Source of the DNA: a virus
Taxonomy: Duplodnaviria; Caudoviricetes
Length of the DNA: 29,720 bases
IMG/VR virus record: IMGVR_UViG_3300010052_000155
Span: 1-29,720 of that record
Direction: 5' to 3' (one strand)
The translations under genes were made by a program, and so were the position numbers. Each line of letters opens with the position of its first letter. The first letter of the stretch is position 1. Shown here one piece after another: positions 25,675 through 29,720 of this stretch. Below the pieces are notes generated by a model that was not told the DNA's origin, did not search any database, and saw nothing but the letters and a program-made list of their open reading frames with translations.

Positions 25675-25740
25675 CCTCCTTCGTCCTCCTGGTCCGGCGG
25701 TGACTCCAGTCGTCCGCCGGCGTTCTGAATGCCGCGGCTC

Positions 25741-26325
25741 TCAGCCGTGGCGGGAATACGCGGCCTTCTCATTTGAGAACGGCGCGTAGTTTTGCCGGTG
25801 TTCGGGTTCGATGTACGGGACGCCGATCGCTTCGAAATACGATCGTTCCGTCGGCGTGGGGATCGGCTCGCCGTTCTTCCAAAGCTGGCCGCCGGCGACC
25901 TTGAATCCCCTGGGCATTTTTCCGCCCTGGTCGACCGTCGACGCCATTTCCCGGGAAAAGTCTTCGGGGCCGGTTCGAATCAAAAGCATCAACCCGGGCG
26001 ACGCCGGCGGCATGACGATAAACAGGTCGATCGGCAGGCCGTTCATCACGAACCGCTTATAGCGCGGTCCGTTGCGGCGGGTTTGCTGGTCATACTTGAA
26101 CTTGTCGCCGACGATCGCTTTCAACCTGGGCTCGAGGAGCGATCGTTGCTCACCGTTGTCGAATAAGGCGTCGGCCGGCGCGAGTTTCGGAATGCAAACG
26201 ATCTCCGCGTCGCTCACGGTCGGCTTTCGCCGGCGGATCGATCCGGCGATCCGGACGGATTCGCAGGCGTCCGCGATGTGCGCGGCGAACCGGACGGCGA
26301 TCGATTCGGCGTCGTACAGGTTCAT
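25741..26325 (-). CDS. Minimal family-X DNA polymerase (palm + thumb only)
   Basis: 194 aa from ATG 26325; IAGSIRRRKPTVSDAEIV, PIDLF, LIRTGPEDF and TERSYFEAIGVPYIEPEHR are hallmark PolX motifs. Confidence 0.88.
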   Translation of the reverse strand: MNLYDAESIAVRFAAHIADACESVRIAGSIRRRKPTVSDAEIVCIPKLAPADALFDNGEQRSLLEPRLKAIVGDKFKYDQQTRRNGPRYKRFVMNGLPIDLFIVMPPASPGLMLLIRTGPEDFSREMASTVDQGGKMPRGFKVAGGQLWKNGEPIPTPTERSYFEAIGVPYIEPEHRQNYAPFSNEKAAYSRHG

Positions 26326-26675
26326 GGGTAAAAACTCGCGGTGGTCAGGGTTTCGGTTCGCCATGGGAACTGGCGCCGGTATTCGCGGTCGGCCCGATCG
26401 ACGGCGGTTTCGAGGGTCTCCGCGGTCGCTTCCTCAATCTGCTCGAGCAGCTCCGCGACGGCGTCGGCGGCTTGCTCCAGGTCGCCGCCGGCAGTCCAAA
26501 GCTCGCGGACAAAGCTCGCGACGTGGTTTTTCGTGTAATCCTTCGACGGCTCGAGGTTCGACAGGATCTCAGCAAGCTCGGCCAGCAGGCGCGGAACCTC
26601 GTCGATCACCAATTTCCGAACGGCGTTCCGGCGGAACCGGCGAGCCATCAGATCGATAGGGCAGCCGTGGGCCAT
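26322..26675 (-). CDS. Helical hypothetical protein (117 aa)
   Basis: ATG 26675 overlapping the upstream stop; ATGA overlap with the PolX gene. Confidence 0.65.
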   Translation of the reverse strand: MAHGCPIDLMARRFRRNAVRKLVIDEVPRLLAELAEILSNLEPSKDYTKNHVASFVRELWTAGGDLEQAADAVAELLEQIEEATAETLETAVDRADREYRRQFPWRTETLTTASFYP

Positions 26676-26989
26676 CAGTTCAGGTCCGCCGGGTTCGCCA
26701 TCGCATTGCGGATGGAGTTGGGGCCTTCGTCTCGGATAGTCACGATCACGGCTTTCACGAGCTTCCCGGTCATCCGGTGGATCTCTTGATCGTTCTTCGG
26801 CTTCCATCCGGACCCGGCGAGCATCGAAACGATCCCTTGTTCGAGGCAGGCCAGTGCGAACGCGGCCGGGTCATAGCTTGCGCCGCGGCTTCGAAGGATT
26901 CTCACCCCGGTATCGAGTGCGCAGTTGACGCTGGCGAGCCAGTAGTCGCGCTGCGCATCGAAACGGTTCTTTTCGTCCTCAGTTGGCAT
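26675..26989 (-). CDS. Hypothetical protein (104 aa)
   Basis: SD GGAG; coupled in the early operon. Confidence 0.65.
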   Translation of the reverse strand: MPTEDEKNRFDAQRDYWLASVNCALDTGVRILRSRGASYDPAAFALACLEQGIVSMLAGSGWKPKNDQEIHRMTGKLVKAVIVTIRDEGPNSIRNAMANPADLN

Positions 26990-26992
26990 GGC

Positions 26993-27325
26993 TCAACTCT
27001 CCCTCTCGAGGCGGATCGGATGGGTTCGCAGGCTGTCCTCGAGCTGATCCATTTCGGCCCGGGAGAAACCGCTTTTGAAGTAGATCGCCGGCGTCTGCGC
27101 AACCTCGATTTCGTGGGGCTCGAGCGTGTATCGCCGTCCGGCCGGTGTGAGGATCTCCGCAATCGCTCCGAACAAGCTGACCGCCAGAATGAAACAGGCG
27201 GTCGCCGTGTGCGGGTGGCCGGCGAGAATGAAGTCGAAAGCGGTCGACGCGGCCCATCCGGCGCTAAGGCCAAACAGGGCAATGCGGACGGCTTGGAAAC
27301 GACCGATGTAGGGAACGACTTTCAT
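26993..27325 (-). CDS. Two-TM membrane protein (110 aa)
   Basis: ATG 27325 with GAGGG SD; hydrophobic segments IALFGLSAGWAASTAFDFIL and ACFILAVSLFGAIAEIL. Confidence 0.65.
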   Translation of the reverse strand: MKVVPYIGRFQAVRIALFGLSAGWAASTAFDFILAGHPHTATACFILAVSLFGAIAEILTPAGRRYTLEPHEIEVAQTPAIYFKSGFSRAEMDQLEDSLRTHPIRLERES

Positions 27326-27340
27326 CGGTGGGCCCTCATC

Positions 27341-27394
27341 AAACGAAAACGGCCGGCGGCGCCGTGGAACATCCACGACAGAAACCGCCGGCCG
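27341..27394 (-). terminator. Intrinsic terminator-like hairpin after the recombinase
   Basis: Minus strand CGGCCGGCGG...CGTGGA-TGT-TCCACG...CCGCCGGCCG followed by TTTTCGTTT. Confidence 0.7.
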
Positions 27395-27415
27395 ACATCA
27401 CGATTGCCTCAGCGT

Positions 27416-28480
27416 TCAATCGGGCATCTGATCGGCCATCGGAAACGAATCGATCAGCGCGCAGACCGTTCTGGCGGTCGCCTTGTAGTGCTGCGCGTTC
27501 ACGTCCCGGGCGGCGTGCCCTAAGACGTAGCGACCGACGTCGGAATTCGAACCCGGCAATGCGTCCCATTCGACGTTTGCCGTCTTTCGAAGCTCTTGAA
27601 ACGTGTAGGGCTGACGAATCCCGGCCGCGGCCTGGATCGCATAAAATTCGCGATACCAGTCCCGTTGACAGGTCGCGAACGGCAAGAGCTGATCCTTTCC
27701 GTTCGGAACCTTTCGGCCTTCTATCTGCTTTAGGTGGAAGTGCAGACCTTTCGTCAGCGGAAGCGCGATCGGGTCCGTTTTGAACCCCTCCGTTTTCTCC
27801 GGAACGAACGTCAGCCATCCCCATTGGTGGCTGATCTTCAGCTCTCCGAGCGGACATTCCGGCTCGAACGTCACACACTCCCGCGGCATCAAGAGCCAGT
27901 CGTTCCGACGCGGACCGTAGGTCAATCCCATCAGAAGCGCCGTTCGCCATGTGAGCGGCGGCGGCGTGCGGGTATGCCTGGGCCGTTTCGCGACGCGGCA
28001 CTCGCGGTAGATCCGTTCGATCACCTCGAGCGGTACGACTCGCTTCCGCGGCTTCGAATCGTTCTCCGGCCTGCGTTCGGCCGAAACCCATTCGTCGATG
28101 ATCTGACGTCCGCGCTTGTTGTGCGGTCCCTTCGGTCCGCAGCGTTTCAAGATCGCCTCGACGTAGATCGCGTTTTTGTTGACCGTTCGCCCGCGCTTTC
28201 CTGAAGCGGCGAGCCAGTCGGCGAAGTCCTCGAGCTGCTCGTCGGTGATCTGCGCGATCTGCCCGGGATTGTTCGACCGGGAAAGCCATCGCTCCCAGTG
28301 TTTCAACATCCCGCGATACTCGGCGATCGTCGACTTTTTGCAGCGTTGTCTTTCCTGATCCCGCTTCAGGACATTCTCGTAAGCCTCTCGAAGCGTCCAT
28401 CGCCGCTGCTGTTCGCGGCTTGTGCGTGGCGCTTCGGAATACCCTTCGGCTGTGACCAGCCGGAACGGCGTCGCAATCAT
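27416..28480 (-). CDS. int: Tyrosine recombinase / integrase
   Basis: 354 aa; SAM-like core-binding domain (STIAEY, RTVNKN), YGPRRND (Arg I), PEKT (Lys), FQELRKT (H-x-x-R with His replaced by Gln), LGH and HY nucleophile. Confidence 0.9.
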   Translation of the reverse strand: MIATPFRLVTAEGYSEAPRTSREQQRRWTLREAYENVLKRDQERQRCKKSTIAEYRGMLKHWERWLSRSNNPGQIAQITDEQLEDFADWLAASGKRGRTVNKNAIYVEAILKRCGPKGPHNKRGRQIIDEWVSAERRPENDSKPRKRVVPLEVIERIYRECRVAKRPRHTRTPPPLTWRTALLMGLTYGPRRNDWLLMPRECVTFEPECPLGELKISHQWGWLTFVPEKTEGFKTDPIALPLTKGLHFHLKQIEGRKVPNGKDQLLPFATCQRDWYREFYAIQAAAGIRQPYTFQELRKTANVEWDALPGSNSDVGRYVLGHAARDVNAQHYKATARTVCALIDSFPMADQMPD

Positions 28481-28563
28481 CTAGGTCGGCCTTTCGAATC
28501 TCCCGCGGCGAGTGTTTCCCGCTCCTCTCTCGCCTCGGCCCGTCGCGAAAACCGTCCATGCAA
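28477..28563 (-). CDS. Putative 28-aa leader peptide coupled to the integrase
   Basis: AGGAGG (28569-28574) 5 nt before TTG 28563; its TGA overlaps the integrase ATG (ATGA). Confidence 0.4.
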   Translation of the reverse strand: MHGRFSRRAEAREERETLAAGDSKGRPR

Positions 28564-29030
28564 GTAAGCCTCCTGGCTCTTAATACTTTCCCCACGATTG
28601 GGGACGCGGCTCCCGTATCCGAGACGGGTTTTCTGAGCCGACAAAAACAACTCTGCGTAAGTGACTCTTGTTCCGACTCGTGAAGGGCGTGGGATCGTGC
28701 GGACGCGATCGAAGCAAGCGGGCGGGCAACCGCTTTCGCCTCGTCTCGCAATCCGCATCGATCCCGCGCTCCCTCGAGGGAAACCCCTCATCCGTGAAAA
28801 CGACCTGCTACCGGGCGTTGCATCGATCAACGGACGAACGGGGGCATCGGCAGAGCGCCGCGGTACTGGCGGCCTCGAGGGTGAGGGTCGCGGGGCAGTC
28901 GACTAGGGCAATGCCGACACGTCGCTCCGCGCTTCACTCTGCCGATCAGCGTTTCGGCAGGCATCCCGTGGGATTCGGGACGGCTTGAGAGAACGCCGGC
29001 CGGTCGTCAACGCGACAACCGACGGGCGTG
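28564..29030 (-). ncRNA. Long structured 5' leader / possible ncRNA upstream of the integrase
   Basis: No convincing CDS; at least six stem-loops readable by eye, including a ~100-nt imperfect hairpin at 28677-28778. Confidence 0.5.
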
Positions 29031-29069
29031 AGAATACAACGATCGTTGGGTCGGTCAAGCGATCGTTGG
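29031..29069 (-). promoter_or_regulatory. Sigma70-like early promoter with overlapping palindromic operators
   Basis: TTGACC (29053-29058) - 16 nt - TATTCT (29031-29036); perfect palindrome CAACGATCGTTG (29037-29048) in the spacer and a near copy 20 bp away (29057-29068). Confidence 0.75.
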
Positions 29070-29076
29070 AAAATTT

Positions 29077-29313
29077 TTAGCCGGCGAGGGCGGTCGCCTT
29101 CCGACGAACAACAGTCAGTTTCGGCTCGAGCTGCAGGGCCGCAAAGAATCGCTCCATGACGTCGGGCCCGGCGTCGCGGCGGCCGTTCAGGTACTCAGTG
29201 ACGTATTGCGGCGACTTCTCCATCGCTCGCGCCAGCTCGGTCCGCGTCATGTGCCGCGCCTTCAGCTCGCGGTTGACGATTTCGAGAAACTGCTTCTGAA
29301 GAATCAATTTCAT
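29077..29313 (-). CDS. XRE-family HTH regulator (repressor / Cro-like)
   Basis: 78 aa from ATG 29313 (SD GGAGG); MTRTELARAMEKSPQYVTEYLNGRR. Confidence 0.88.
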   Translation of the reverse strand: MKLILQKQFLEIVNRELKARHMTRTELARAMEKSPQYVTEYLNGRRDAGPDVMERFFAALQLEPKLTVVRRKATALAG

Positions 29314-29720
29314 TCCTCCACAATACACGCGGCTGCGCGGGATTTCGAGAACAGCCACAGCGACACGACAACAAGGAAGGCGGACAGGCCGGCGGCGACC
29401 ATCCAGTCGCGACTAGCGGGATCGCTCGAGCGAGCGATCAGGGCTCCGATTCCGAAGAACGCGGCCGGCAACAGGAACAGCCACGCGAGAACGCGGGCAA
29501 TGGTCTGCATGAATCCGCCGGCAGCTCGAGGGCTGCGGGTGTTGACGGCTGTCAACGGCTGGCGGTCATCCTGGGCGGCCCTGCTCTTTCGCCGGCGGCC
29601 GTAGACCTTCGTGTTGAATCCGGCGCCCGGGACGCCGACGGACAGTGATCCCGTGGTCCGTCCGATATTGATCCGGACGCCTGGCGCGATCTTGATCCGC
29701 TTCCTGAGAAAGAACCCCAT
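29310..29720 (-). CDS. DUF4236-domain membrane protein
   Basis: MGFFLRKRIKIAPGVRINIGRTTGSLSVGVPG matches the DUF4236 N-terminal signature; two C-terminal TM segments; ATGA-coupled to the XRE gene. Confidence 0.78.
   Translation of the reverse strand: MGFFLRKRIKIAPGVRINIGRTTGSLSVGVPGAGFNTKVYGRRRKSRAAQDDRQPLTAVNTRSPRAAGGFMQTIARVLAWLFLLPAAFFGIGALIARSSDPASRDWMVAAGLSAFLVVVSLWLFSKSRAAACIVEE

Noticed and set aside
24957-26345. Partial matches to the inverted-repeat motif (AAAACTCGCGG near 24958 and 26331; also GCGTGAAAA at 3871-3879)
   Set aside because: Short, gapped and mostly inside coding sequence on the antisense strand; compatible with chance.
28488-28510. TTCGAATC resembling a tRNA T-loop (possible attP core)
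   Set aside because: Flanks do not form a T-stem and there is no acceptor stem or CCA; no tRNA supported.
27339-28751. 470-aa same-strand ORF overlapping the integrase as a real protein
   Set aside because: Arg/Ala-rich with no motif and fully overlapping int; kept only as a possible decoy start in the findings.

Overview
The whole 29.7-kb, high-GC window is a temperate tailed-phage (siphovirus-like) genome segment with no host genes; protein styles suggest a Planctomycetota-type host (inference). It has three blocks. (1) A leftward block (1-3773): RHH regulator, terS, GpA-type terL, Zn-ribbon protein, small membrane protein and a truncated tail-fibre-like gene. (2) A rightward late block (3897-21166): permuted papain-like amidase, CxxC membrane protein, SNase nuclease, Mu Gam-like protein, gpW, lambda-type portal, protease/scaffold, epsilon15/BPP-1-like major capsid, connectors, tail tube, frameshifted tail chaperone, tape measure and Cys-rich tail-tip genes. 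(3) A leftward early block (21153-29720): DUF4236, XRE regulator, operator/promoter, a ~550-nt structured leader, tyrosine recombinase, mini PolX, YfdP/YfdQ-like pair, CsrA homolog and a replication initiator with 22-bp iterons. Two hidden patterns stand out. First, the phage encodes a CsrA homolog, and ANGGAN hairpin loops (the CsrA/RsmA binding signature) sit on the ribosome-binding sites or start codons of many of its own genes (terL, SNase, capsid, tail tube, tail chaperone, integrase leader), suggesting a phage-wide translational timing circuit. Second, a 27/29-bp inverted repeat (668-696 and 8066-8094) brackets a 7.4-kb segment whose inversion would restore the canonical terS-terL-gpW-portal order without breaking any gene. 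All calls come from motif reading by eye; no database searches were run.
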